A stretch of DNA of 64,000 nucleotides from Pelagomonas calceolata (Eukaryota): NCBI GenBank assembly GCA_918797485.1, contig CAKKNE010000001.1:3286001-3350000 (forward strand), in the 5' to 3' direction. Under the pieces are notes generated by a model. The model did no database searches and was not told the DNA's origin. It was given only the letters and a program-made list of their open reading frames with translations. This document shows positions 10,478 through 21,105 of the stretch, in pieces (the first letter of the stretch is position 1; each line of letters begins with the position of its first letter). Made by a program: the position numbers and the translations under genes.

Positions 10478-11581
10478 ATGGAGCAGCCGCGCGCGCCCAC
10501 GGCGCCCATGGATCGCGTAACCGGTCCAAGACTCACGGGGATCTCTCCCGACGCGCTGCGCGTCGTGGCGTCCTTCGTCTGGACGCCGGCCCTGCTCATG
10601 GCGCTTCCACGCGACCTGCAGCGATCCGTCCAGAGCGTCTTCGACAAGCGCGAGCTGCCCGGCGAAACGCGTCTCATGGAACTCACCATCCTAGACGAAC
10701 CCAAGCGGCTCATGGCGACGTACTATTACGGTGGTTTAACGCCTGGCTCGCACTGGATTAAATGGCGCCGCATGGACAGCAATTGCGTATACGTAGAGGC
10801 CGACGCTACTATAGAGCCATACAGTCACACTTTCCATAACAGTGCCGGTTTCCGCCTCGTGCGTTACCTCGGATACGATTCTTACGCGCCCGGCAAGCCT
10901 GGCGGGATTTACTACAACCACAACAACGGGGAAGAGGTCCCGCGAGACTGGTCTGTTTTCGCCCCGGACCTGGAGATCGTGCGGGGGTATATTGGCTTTG
11001 GCGCGCGGTTCGACGTCGAGTACGTAAGCGGCGGCTTTTACAACGAGGGCATCACGGCGCTTCACTTCGCCGCCGTCGAGGGCCACCTGGAGCTCACGAA
11101 GCTGTTGGTGTCGGCCGGCGCGGACGTGAACATCAAGGCCAATCCGCATTGGTGCGTGGCTGGCGTGCACCCGCTGTCGTTTGCCATGTCCCGCGCTTCG
11201 ACCGCGATCAAGGACTTTCGGGCCGACACGTTACGCGTCGCGCTCTACCTCTCTTCGCAGGGCGCCGACGTGCGCTCCGCTGATGCAAGCCTAGAGTCAC
11301 GAGAGCATCTAATAAATGAGTACGGCGATGGCGCTGCCGGCGCAAATTTGAAGGAGATCATCGTCGGGACGCGAGAGCGCCTGCAGACCGTCGCGGAAAA
11401 CTGCGACATGGAATTCACGGATTCGGACGACGACGACTATTACTTCGACAACGACGCCTGGGAAATGAAGAAGCTCCTCGAGAAATACGAGGAAGTCCGC
11501 TTCGACCCGGACCGGCGCCAGAGGGTGCTCGACGACCTCGACCGGCTCGAGGCGGCCTGGCGGCCGCTGGTCTGGTATTAG
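10478..11581 (+). CDS. Ankyrin-repeat protein
   Basis: GITALHFAAVEGHLELTKLLVSAGADVN is a canonical ankyrin repeat. Confidence 0.75.
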   Translation: MEQPRAPTAPMDRVTGPRLTGISPDALRVVASFVWTPALLMALPRDLQRSVQSVFDKRELPGETRLMELTILDEPKRLMATYYYGGLTPGSHWIKWRRMDSNCVYVEADATIEPYSHTFHNSAGFRLVRYLGYDSYAPGKPGGIYYNHNNGEEVPRDWSVFAPDLEIVRGYIGFGARFDVEYVSGGFYNEGITALHFAAVEGHLELTKLLVSAGADVNIKANPHWCVAGVHPLSFAMSRASTAIKDFRADTLRVALYLSSQGADVRSADASLESREHLINEYGDGAAGANLKEIIVGTRERLQTVAENCDMEFTDSDDDDYYFDNDAWEMKKLLEKYEEVRFDPDRRQRVLDDLDRLEAAWRPLVWY

Positions 11582-11603
11582 GAATGTAAAAGTGTGAGAA
11601 ACC

Positions 11604-12584
11604 TTAAAACGCCGGCCGCCCCGCCCCGAAGGGATACAAGGGATGCGCGATATCGCGCGGCGACCCGTCCGCGCTCAAAGGACCGCCCCAGCCGTTCCGG
11701 CAGTCCTTGTTGAGCGCGTCGACCTTCGCAATGTCCTCGGCGGAGAGCTCGAACTTGACCTCGCGGTTCTGCAGGACCCGCGCCGGCGTCACGGACTTCG
11801 GGATGACGACCAAGCCGCGCGACGCCAGCCAGCAGATCGCCACCTGGGCCGAGGACTTTCCGTACTTTTCGCCGATTTCCTTGAGGACAGGGTTCCCGAC
11901 GACCGTAGAACCGTCAATGACCGCGCCAGTCCCGAGCGGCGAGTAGGCCGTCACCACGATGTTCCGGGCTTGGCAGAACGCGACAAGAGGTTGTTGAGAA
12001 TGATACGGATGGATCTCGACCTGCAAAACCGCGGGCTGGATGCGCGCACCGTCACAAATACCGGCAATCTGCTCGGAGTTGAAGTTCGACAGGCCGATGC
12101 TCCTCGTGAGGCCCGCGTCCACACACTGTTCCAGGGCCGCCCACGTCTTCTGGGACGGCGTCGCCAGGTCATATTTTATAGACCCATCATCATTCTTCGG
12201 GATCGACCGATTCCCCTCGCTCTCCTTGGCGAAGCACTGGGGCCAGTGGATCAGATACAAATCGAGGTAGTCCAGCCGTAATTCCTTGAGCGTGACTTCG
12301 AGGGCCGGGCGCACGTTCTCTGGTGAATGCTCCGAGTTCCACAATTTGGACGTCACGAAGAGGTCTTCTCGTTTGACTAAACCCGAAGCGAAGGCCTCCG
12401 CAAACACGGCGCCGATCTCGGCCTCGTTGCCGTAGATAGCGGCGCAGTCGATGTGGCGGTAGCCTCCTTCCAAAGCTGCTTTGACGGCGGCGCCGACCTG
12501 GCCGGCGGGCGCCTGCCACGTGCCCAGGCCGATGACGGGCATGGCCTGGCCGGAGTTGAGCGTCAGGGTGGCGTCTTGGGCCAT
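11604..12584 (-). CDS. Aldo-keto reductase (AKR1-like)
   Basis: GLGTW, GYRHIDCAAIYGNE, LDYLDLYLIHWP, IGLSNF and IPKS motifs. Confidence 0.95.
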   Translation of the reverse strand: MAQDATLTLNSGQAMPVIGLGTWQAPAGQVGAAVKAALEGGYRHIDCAAIYGNEAEIGAVFAEAFASGLVKREDLFVTSKLWNSEHSPENVRPALEVTLKELRLDYLDLYLIHWPQCFAKESEGNRSIPKNDDGSIKYDLATPSQKTWAALEQCVDAGLTRSIGLSNFNSEQIAGICDGARIQPAVLQVEIHPYHSQQPLVAFCQARNIVVTAYSPLGTGAVIDGSTVVGNPVLKEIGEKYGKSSAQVAICWLASRGLVVIPKSVTPARVLQNREVKFELSAEDIAKVDALNKDCRNGWGGPLSADGSPRDIAHPLYPFGAGRPAF

Positions 12585-12595
12585 GGGAGTGCGGG

Positions 12596-12670
12596 GCGCG
12601 TCGATGGCGTCTTGCGTTGAGTGCTGTCTGCGTGCGCGTCGATGGCGTCTTTGCGTGAGTGCTGTCCGTG
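12596..12670. repeat. 38-bp tandem duplication containing the GCGTCGATGGCGT intron/introner motif
   Basis: Two near-identical units starting at 12596 and 12634, immediately upstream of the AKR start. Confidence 0.8.
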
Positions 12671-12738
12671 ATCAAGAGCTTCTGGCGTGCTAGTTACGCT
12701 GAGTTTAGGCCCGGAAAGAGCGCTGAAAAAAGAAATTA

Positions 12739-12762
12739 GCTAGCGTCTTGTAAGACACTAGC
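12739..12762. promoter_or_regulatory. Recurrent upstream motif GCTAGC-N5-GTAAGACACTAGC (representative copy)
   Basis: Close copies at 2360, 6568, 31324, 39662 and 63439; degenerate copies at 1367, 28191, 51128 and 59847. All lie upstream of gene starts. Confidence 0.7.
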
Positions 12763-12971
12763 AAAAAATGCCACGACTGGCCGCCGCTGCAACGTACGAG
12801 CCTGTACGCACCTATAAGTGCGTGCAGGGCGTGGAGCGTTGGCCACCGGCGTGCGAAGGTCGCGCTGAGGCAGTCGCGCCGCACCAAACCGCCCGGCGGG
12901 GGCAGCAGTAGCCGCACAGACAAGGAGGCCGCTGAGGCTGCCGCGTCGCGGGGAAGCAACAGCACCCAAAA

Positions 12972-14021
12972 ATGCCGAACTGACGCTCCTGACACGGCTC
13001 GGCGTGTCGCGTCGCGCCCGCGCCGGCGACGCCGCAGCGCCGGGGCAGCTCCTTCGACGATGCGTCTGCCGGGCTGCCCCACGACGCCGACACGTGGACG
13101 GTCGACGAGGTCGGAGGATTTCTCGCGCGGCTCGGCGCGTCGGAGGCGCTTGTCCGGCACTTCGCCGCGGAGTGCATCGACGGCGAAGCTTTGCTCTTGC
13201 TGACGGAAACACACCTGGACAAATATTTTGAAGCCGAATCCGCTCTGGGCCTGCGCCTCAAGCTCCTGAAGGGCATCGACCGGGCCAAGCACCACCGCCA
13301 CGACGGCATCCTGAGTCCCATGTCGCAGATGCTCGGCGCCGGCTTAGCTACCGCGGGCGCCGTCGCCGGGGCGGCGGCGGTCGTGGCCTTCGGCAGCGAT
13401 GGGAACGCGCCCGACTGGCAAGTGAAAGGCTTCAAGCAGGCGCGGGACGTCGTGACCGGCGTCGCCGTCGGCTACGAGTCCATTCTGCTCGTGGGAGGTG
13501 TCTTTGTGTCGTGGATTCCCCCGGGAGCGCATCTCATCGTGCTGCTGCCGGTCGTCTTTGGTCTAGCGTTTGAGGTGTTGGTTTACTTTAAGACCTGACC
13601 CCCCTCGGGTAAGAAGGGCGGCCAATGCAAGGGCAAGTCGCAGAAGGAACATGACGCGCTGCTGGAAACGGCGACGAGCGATCCGCGCCTCGCGTACAAC
13701 TACGCGCAGACGGAGGACGGCGACGCGGACGTAGCCCAAGGACGGAAGGTCCAGGAGCGCACAGTGCGCGTGATGCGGTTTTCGCTCTTCCTGGGGCTTC
13801 TGGTCGTCGCGGGCGTCTTCCTCGGGTTCTTGCTGGGAGGGCTCCTGAAGGATAAAGCGACGCTGATCATCGCGTGCATCATGTTCCCTCTGGCCTTCCT
13901 GTTGGTTCTTATGCTGAACCTCAAATACGCGCTCGGCGTGAGCAAAGACGACCAGGCTGACTTCGACAAGCTCTACCGCGCGACCGACGCGGAAGCGCCC
14001 GCGCCGGCCGCGGAACCCTAG
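12972..14021 (+). CDS. Candidate selenoprotein: SAM domain plus multi-pass membrane protein with 3 in-frame UGA (codons 4, 7, 209)
   Basis: AAAAATG at 12972 opens a single frame to TAG 14019-14021, interrupted only by TGA at 12981, 12990 and 13596. SAM domain WTVDEVGGFL...FAAECIDGEALLLLT...LGLRLKLLKGI lies upstream of any alternative ATG. Hydrophobic helices occur on both sides of the third TGA, and a SECIS-like hairpin follows the stop. Confidence 0.75.
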
Positions 14022-14023
14022 GC

Positions 14024-14098
14024 GAGTCGTTTCATCCGCGCCATGACGGCGCGCGAGGGTGCTAGCCCCTCGCGCGCCCGACCTGCGGTTCACGACTC
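14024..14098 (+). promoter_or_regulatory. SECIS-like element in 3' UTR
   Basis: Basal stems GAGTCGT/ACGACTC and CCGCG/TGCGG; core ATGAC (14043-47) opposite CGAC (14079-82); perfect 12-bp helix GGCGCGCGAGGG/CCCTCGCGCGCC; loop TGCTAGC. Confidence 0.7.
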
Positions 14099-14203
14099 GA
14101 CGTGTACATGTAACAGTTGTGCTTAAACATATCCCTGGCTCGAAGCCTAAGCGCGGGGCCAGGGATTGGCCAGGGGCGTAGAGAGGCGACATCGAGAGAA
14201 CAC

Positions 14204-14986
14204 TTACCCCGGCTCCTCCAGATCGGACACGTCCTCCTCGGCCTCGTCGATCGTCAGCGACCGGTCCTTTGAGGAAGGGCTACCTTCAATCGCACCACCG
14301 TCATCAATATCCGGGTTCCGGCGGCCCGCGAACTGGCCATATAAAATAGGAAACTCCGCCTCGAGGGCCGCCGTCTCGGCCTTGAGCCGCCGCCGCCGCT
14401 CCCGTCGTAAAGTGGCCGACACGGTGTGCCGCGCGTCGAGCGCTTCCAGCCCCCGCATGGCGCGCTTTCGCGTCTTCACCATCTCGGCCTCGTCTCCAAC
14501 TAACTCATCGAGCACGACGACAAAGTCCCGCCTGGCAGATTCGGGGTCGCCCTTGGCCGCGAGCGTCTCCGCGATCTGCAATCTCGTTGAAAGAGTCCGG
14601 TGGTGGCTTCTCCCTAACCCTTCGGCATACAGCGCGAGCGCGACCCTTATGGTATCGAGAGCCACATCAAAGACCTTGGGCCTGCCTTCTGCCGCGTCTT
14701 TGAGGACCTCGCCGGCCTTGGCCAACGCCAAAGCCGTAGCCAGCGGGTCGTCCTTCTGGGCGAGCGCCGTGAGTGTGCGCTGGAGGACGGCCTTCGCCGA
14801 CGGGTGCACCACCCTTTGGACGACGCTGCTCTCCAGGAGTTCCGCGACGAAGGCCGCCGCGCCTCGGTACGTCTCGCGGTCGCCGATGCTGGAGCAGGTA
14901 TCATAATTGGAGGGTAAACTCCCGTCGACGTCCCACGGCGGCACCGCGTCATCTGTTAATGTCGCGAGCTGGTCCGGCGACAGCAT
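14204..14986 (-). CDS. Hypothetical protein with TPR-like helices
   Basis: EGLGRSHHRTLSTRLQIAETLAAKGD resembles a kinesin-light-chain-type TPR. The 3' end could be spliced (GTAAG at the stop). Confidence 0.55.
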   Translation of the reverse strand: MLSPDQLATLTDDAVPPWDVDGSLPSNYDTCSSIGDRETYRGAAAFVAELLESSVVQRVVHPSAKAVLQRTLTALAQKDDPLATALALAKAGEVLKDAAEGRPKVFDVALDTIRVALALYAEGLGRSHHRTLSTRLQIAETLAAKGDPESARRDFVVVLDELVGDEAEMVKTRKRAMRGLEALDARHTVSATLRRERRRRLKAETAALEAEFPILYGQFAGRRNPDIDDGGAIEGSPSSKDRSLTIDEAEEDVSDLEEPG

Positions 14987-15344
14987 GGTCGTTGTCCGCG
15001 GCGGTGCGCGGCGTCCCGGTGGTCGTGTTGGTCGAGCTGTGCCGCGGCGGCGGGCGTGGGGGCAGCCCTGTTCCCACCCAGCACTGATCGAAGCGTGTAG
15101 AGGCAAGCCCTCGCGCGTCGGCGGCGTCGAGCGGTGGTGTCCGGCGGCTTTTACGTAACACCAAGCTCGGCCGGCGAGAAGGGGCTGCGCAAGGGCGGCT
15201 GTGGCGCGGCGAAGCGGATAGCAGCCCGGCAGTTTGATGAGTGTCGGGGCGCTGTGATAAAAGGCTGCCTACAAGCTCGTAAAAGGCTGCCCTGGCGCGC
15301 TCACGCACACACCAGGACGCGCGACGCAGCCCAGACGACGCACG

Positions 15345-16550
15345 ATGGCCGGCGCGCCCGCCGCCGCGGCGCGCAAGCCCCTGCCCGAGCGCCTGCGCGA
15401 CAAGCTGCGCGAGCAGAACGAGGCGCGGCGCCAGGTCTACAACCCCTACGCTCCATTGGAGGCGCCGCCGGACGAGTACGATGCGGAGCGGCGCATGATG
15501 GACGAAATATTGCGAGGCGCGGGACGCGCTCCGCCGGCGCCGGCCGCACCCGAGACATCATCGGGAGACCTCGTGGGCCAGATGGCCGGTAGGCTGCGCA
15601 AGCTCGAAGAAAGTGTCTTGAAACTGCGACAGGAGGCGTCGAAGCGCGATTTAGAACTAAGACGATTAAGACATGAAAACGCCGAGCTCCGCAAATTAGT
15701 TGGCGACGACTCGACAGTGACCTCCTTCGACGAGTGCGAGAGCCTGAGGAAGGAAATAGCGGGCATGAAGGCCTTCCTGGCGGACTACGGGCTGGTCTGG
15801 GTCGGCGGCCCGGCGCCGGCGCCGGCGTTTGATAGCGACAAGTTGCTGAAGAAGCTCAACGACTTAAATGAGAAGGTCGCCGACAAGAAGATCGTGCAGA
15901 ACGGTTCTTCCGCAAGATTCGAGCATGCGAAGATGCTCCGTGTTTGTGTTTATGCGGACGGGCTGCTCGTTGGTGGTGGACCGGCTAGATCATTTGAAGA
16001 CTCCGAAGCCTTCGTCAAGGACGTGTGCGACGGCTATTTTCCGCAGGAGTTCAAGGCGACATATCCCGACGGCATCAAGTTGGATGTGCGAGACTGTAGG
16101 ACTGAAAGAGCGCCCTTCCAGGGCGCGGGCCAGGCGTCGGGTCGGAAGGCTCGGACCTTGTCAGATATCGGTGCCACGGATATGCGCGTCGACGACTTTT
16201 TGAATAAACTACCGCAGAAGACCATCGTCGACGGACGGCCGGTCGACGTGCGCGACGCGATCCGGGAGCGGCTCGTGCCGTCCGTCGAGGCGCCCGTGCC
16301 GTCCGACGCCTTCGCGACGATCCAAGTCCGGGCTTTTACTGGTGCGCGCTTCGTGCTGAAGTTCGGCGCGGGCGCGACGGTCGCGGATTTGAGGGATCGC
16401 ATCGACGCCGAGGCGGCGTCGCCGGAGCCCTACGAGATCCGCACGGCCTTCCCGCCGCGGAGCTATCGTGATAATGAAGCGACGCTCGAGGCCGAGGGCC
16501 TCGTGCCGACGGCCGTCGTCGTGCTGCAGAAGGTAAGTGCGTCTACTTAG
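15345..16550 (+). CDS. UBXN11: UBX domain protein 11-like (coiled coil, SEP, UBX)
   Basis: FLADYGLVWVG, SEP-like DGYFPQEFKATYPDG and C-terminal UBX (TAFPPRSY..TLEAEGLVP). Confidence 0.8.
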   Translation: MAGAPAAAARKPLPERLRDKLREQNEARRQVYNPYAPLEAPPDEYDAERRMMDEILRGAGRAPPAPAAPETSSGDLVGQMAGRLRKLEESVLKLRQEASKRDLELRRLRHENAELRKLVGDDSTVTSFDECESLRKEIAGMKAFLADYGLVWVGGPAPAPAFDSDKLLKKLNDLNEKVADKKIVQNGSSARFEHAKMLRVCVYADGLLVGGGPARSFEDSEAFVKDVCDGYFPQEFKATYPDGIKLDVRDCRTERAPFQGAGQASGRKARTLSDIGATDMRVDDFLNKLPQKTIVDGRPVDVRDAIRERLVPSVEAPVPSDAFATIQVRAFTGARFVLKFGAGATVADLRDRIDAEAASPEPYEIRTAFPPRSYRDNEATLEAEGLVPTAVVVLQKVSAST

Positions 16551-16907
16551 TAGTTGTTGTCCGCGCGTCGGGACCTCACGCCGTGGTAGCTTGTGTCCGA
16601 GTCCGGATAAACCAAGGGCTTAGACCGGATGTCCTGGGCCCTGCGAGCGCCGTGCTGAGGGAAATCGCGCCGGAGACGCGTGATCGTGCGGGGCATCACC
16701 CAAAAGCTGGCCTGGCGGAAGCTCGGCTAAAAGCCCTTAGGGCTGCGACCAGCCATTCCCGGTAACGTCCAGGACACCGACGGGTCCTCCTGGGGAGCCC
16801 TCGTGGTCGGGGGCAGCCCTGCGCGGTCAGGACCTCGGCAGCCACAGACTGGTGGTGGCCAGCATCTCAGATACGAGGTCGTAGCGCCGCCGAGGCGGCA
16901 CTAGACC

Positions 16908-19459
16908 ATGGTCTGGATCCCCGGCCTCACCAGCAACGCGGTCCTCCCGCCGCGGATCCAACACCTACTGAACCTCGGCGGCACGTTACTGGTGTGCACG
17001 CTCGGCATGGTGGCGAGGTTCGTGGGCCTGGGCCCCACGTGGCCCGACCAGTCGGTGGTAAAATTAGAAAAATACGAGCGGCACCGGGGCAAGCGCATTT
17101 TGCACGTCCTGCTCATCGTCAAAGCAAGAATAATCGTGCTCGGTCTACTGTACGTAGTAGTACCACGGTGGCTCCCCGACTACCTTTTGAGAAAGGTGTG
17201 GTGGTGGGCCGGGTTCTGGCTTACAGCGACGACGTGGGGTCTGCAAGTCGGCGCCCTCGTCTCAGTGATAGCTTATTACGGCTGGAGGCACCGCTGCAGG
17301 ATCATCGGCTCATATATAGCGCCCTACTTCGTCGGATTGGAGCTGGGAATGACGGCCATCGACCTTGACATAGAATGGGACCCCTTGTTTCGACAGTCGT
17401 GTATCGCTCTTTACAGAAACGAGTGCGAGAGTCGGTCCGCGGCGTTGCGGGAGATCCGACGGCGACTGAAGCGCTGCAACAACCTGCCCGTGTCTCGCAT
17501 ATACATTTCCATCGAGCGATTAGTTGTGTTCACGCCCAACAAGGAGCGGCCTCGGGAGGAGCGCTTCCTACTAGCGAGGAGGGTCCACGCCACGCTCATC
17601 AACGAGTGGCATGCTGCCGCGTGGAGATCAAATTTCCGGATTGCGCCCGCTCGATGGCGTAGAGTGTTCTCACGGGTCGGCCTCCGCGCAGGTACCCGGA
17701 GAAGGCGAGGAGGAAGTCCCACCTCCAGCAGGCGCGCGACAAGGTGGCTGGCGGCGCGCGCAAGGTCAAGGAGAGCATCCACAAGGTCGCCTACTCCCGT
17801 CACGAGACTAAGGAAAGACCGCACATACATAGGATCGGTTCGACGCGATTGACCCTTGCTTCGAAGAAGGAGGCTCGAAAAGCTGAGAAGGAGGTACGAG
17901 ACAACGCCGCGGAGCCCCCTCCTGCGGAGAAAGGTGATCGATGGATGACCATCAAGGTCGCTCTACACGATGTTGTGATAAATCTAGTAGGATACGACTT
18001 CCACTTCAGTCACACGAACCTGATGAAGCTGATCGAAGCGTTAGTTGGTGATGAAGAGTACCCCGAGGATTATGATGAGGAGGAGGAGGGTTTTATAGTG
18101 TTCGAGAAGGCTAAGGTAGAAGATCTAAAAGTGAACCTGTACGGCGTGAGCCACCGCCATACACTCTACGATGGTTTGGTGGAAAAGATGAGCCACCACG
18201 CTGAAGAACAACCTAAGAACATTGAGCTACCCGATACTTACGAGTTTGAGTACGAGTATCGACCAGTAGTACCTTTGACACTAAAGGACGTGACCGTGGC
18301 GTCGCAGGTGTTCCAGTCGAAGCGTAGATTGGCCTTGTTCCTGCACCGAGTGGTTTTCAAGGCCCTGTCGTCGACGGCGCTCGATGGGCTGGATCTGGCG
18401 GTAGGTGGCGCTTCTACAGCTGTCGAAAAAGTGCTCAAAACAACTCTAGGAGGTGTAGATAGGCAAGCGTCGAAGTTAGGCGGTCCCTTCAAGGACGTCG
18501 TGCAAGGGAGCACGGGTGCCGCTTTGAATACGTCGGTAGGCGCCTTGGAAGCCACAAAATCAGTTGTAGATGGTGTCACGCATGGTGCTAAAACAATAAC
18601 CTCGGGCGTCGTCAACGGCGTGACGCGGGGGAAGGCCTCGGACGTCGCCAAAGGTTTGGGCGACGGCACGGGCGACGTCATCGATGGAGTTGACGAGGGG
18701 ACGCGGACGGCTATCAGTGGTGTCGCGGATGGGACCGGGGCGGTCGTCCACGGCGTCGGCGCGGCGTTGCGGTACGTGCCAATTGTGGGCAAGTCTGTCG
18801 GTGGGATCGTCGACGCGACCGGCCATGTGGTCACGGGAACCCTGGGCGTCGCGGGCGGTGTGGTCGGTGGGGTTTTGGGTGGCGTCGGGGCCGCGGGGCG
18901 CGGCTTGGCGAGAGGTGATGCTAAAGGTGCCGCGAAAGGAGCATTCAAAGAGGTCAAGGGGGGCCTGGGTGCCGCGGGTGATGCTGTGAAACAGGCTGGT
19001 AAAGACGCGTCGTCGTCGTTGGGCCGGGGCCTGCGCGACACGATGCATGATGGTGTCAAAGCCGCAAAAATTTTGTCGTCTACGGAGGGCCAGAGGCGAG
19101 CTTTGGGCATCGCGGCGCCGCGCGAAGCGCAGCCCGTCGGCGACCTCGACGACACCGCGGGCGGCGACGAGCCGCTGCCCGCCGCGATCACGCCCGAGGC
19201 CGGGCCCGGCACCGTAGCGAAAGGCGCGGGGCCTTCGTCGCAAAAAAAGAGCGGCGCGCGGTCCATTCGCAAAGCGGTCGCGAAAGCAACCGGCATGCAT
19301 GGAACCTTCTCAGGGAAACCAAAGGCGGACCCCGTGCCGCGGCGGCTCTTTCCGGAGGTCGACGACGACTCGGACGACGGGCCGCCGCTGCGCGTGCCGC
19401 CCGAGGTGGCCGCCGCGCCGGCTCCTGCTCCGCCCGTCGAGGAGATCGACGACTGGTAG
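16908..19459 (+). CDS. Hypothetical membrane protein with Gly/Val/Ala-rich repeat region, 2 exons (16908-17605, 17692-19459)
   Basis: N-terminal TM helices. GT-AG intron 17606-17691 joins the two ORFs in frame (LINE-YPEK). Confidence 0.65.
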
Positions 19460-19527
19460 CGGCCCGTGGCGATTAAATTAACAGTATTCACTCTCATGAT
19501 GATCACAGTAGCACTATTTACAATCCC

Positions 19528-20721
19528 CTAGCCGCCCTCCGCTTCGAAGCCCCGCACGCCGCACGCCGACGAGGCGCGGGGCCGCCGACTGTCGTCGTCC
19601 TCGCGGATGAAGGAGGCCGCGCGAGGCCGCGCGTCCCTGACAACTACCGAGGTCACGACCCGCACGGGCGGCGCCGCGACGCCCGGAAAGAACCACACGT
19701 GCGTCGCTTCCGACGGGTCCCACCGGAACGGCCGGCCCTCGAAGGCCGCGGCCGCGGCCACGAGCGAGGGCTTCGACCGCCGCCGCCGCAGGCGCCCGCC
19801 AGTTGACGACGGCGCTTGCACCGCGGTCGCCTCGTAGAGCCCCGCCAGGCCCTTGCCCGGCCGGGCCCGGGCCTCGAGACCATCGAACGCCCTTCGGACG
19901 CGGTCGACCGTGCCCCGCTTCTGGAACTGCGTCGACCGCGCAAGCCAGCCATCGGTTGAATCCTCCCGCAACACGGTAGCGCTGAGCGGACACTTGTCGG
20001 AGGCGCAGCCCAGCCAGAACAGCAGCGCCGCGTCCGTCGACGGCACGAGCACGCCCTCCACGCGCCGCGCCGCAGCTAAACTCGCGAGCGCCGCCCAGGC
20101 GCGCGACCCGTGGCCTCTACCACGCTGAGTAGACGGCGCACACAACCATAGCACCTCCCATACCACTTTCCGCGGCGCCGCCTTGCCTTGAAACACGCGC
20201 CGCTCCGCGACGACGCCCGCCGCATGTACGACGCCGCCCGCGCGCCACGCCACGACGAACGTGCGGTCGTTCTCCTGGTTCGCGCAGGCGTCGCCGTTCA
20301 GGACGCCGTCTAATTCATCACCGTAGTGCTCGCCGAAGGCGCCCTTGAGGATCGCGCCGGCCTGATCGGCGACGGCGTTTGAGGAGGCGGCGTGGAGGAC
20401 CTCGAGGCGCGGTCGCGGGGGCGGCGGCGGCGCGTGCGGCGCCGCGTCGCCGTCGCTCGCCGTCTCGTCGCCCGAGTCCGTGACCAGGCGGCACAGCGGC
20501 GGCGGCGGTGGCGGCGTGGCGGTCTCCGTCGCCGCCGCGAGGAGGGCCAGGCACATGCGCCACTCGTTTGTGTCTCGCAAGTGGAGCGTTGAGGCTAGAT
20601 GCTCCTGCGCCTCCTTCAGGGCGTTGGCGAGCTCGGGCGCGGGCACTTGCTCTCCTTTGGCGACCTTCTTTGCCACTGACTCGCAGTAGGCGCTCAGCAA
20701 AAGCCGCTTTCTAGGCGGCAT
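19528..20721 (-). CDS. GNAT-family acetyltransferase-like protein
   Basis: WEVLWLCAPSTQRGRGHG (motif A) and downstream ALLFW. Confidence 0.6.
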   Translation of the reverse strand: MPPRKRLLLSAYCESVAKKVAKGEQVPAPELANALKEAQEHLASTLHLRDTNEWRMCLALLAAATETATPPPPPPLCRLVTDSGDETASDGDAAPHAPPPPPRPRLEVLHAASSNAVADQAGAILKGAFGEHYGDELDGVLNGDACANQENDRTFVVAWRAGGVVHAAGVVAERRVFQGKAAPRKVVWEVLWLCAPSTQRGRGHGSRAWAALASLAAARRVEGVLVPSTDAALLFWLGCASDKCPLSATVLREDSTDGWLARSTQFQKRGTVDRVRRAFDGLEARARPGKGLAGLYEATAVQAPSSTGGRLRRRRSKPSLVAAAAAFEGRPFRWDPSEATHVWFFPGVAAPPVRVVTSVVVRDARPRAASFIREDDDSRRPRASSACGVRGFEAEGG

Positions 20722-21105
20722 GATATTTTTGCTTTTTGCTCAGATAGCGGTGGTTTCACACGTGGCGTCACGGCCGCAGCAATACGGGACGTGGTGAAGA
20801 TGACGCGCTGCAAGTGATACACCCAGCGAATGCCTTTGCGATGCGGACGCTGCACCGCAGGCGACTTGACATCATCGCTTGCTCAAAAACGATCGTTGCA
20901 TGGCAAAACCGTCGCCCGAGGCATATACTCGCCGGCCAGCTGAAGGCTGAGGTGAGGAATATGAATGCTCCAAGGAAGGAGTACGGAGACCCAGGGAATG
21001 CACCGCCGACAGTCGCGCAGCGCGCGGTCCGCGGTCGAGATTTATAAATTGCCTTGCTTGAGCTAGGCCGCCTAGCCACCCGGCCGCAGGTAAATTAAAA
21101 CATTC

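Noticed and set aside
16830..16880. Group I intron-like CACAGACT segment
   Set aside because: No convincing P/Q/S elements and not in rDNA.
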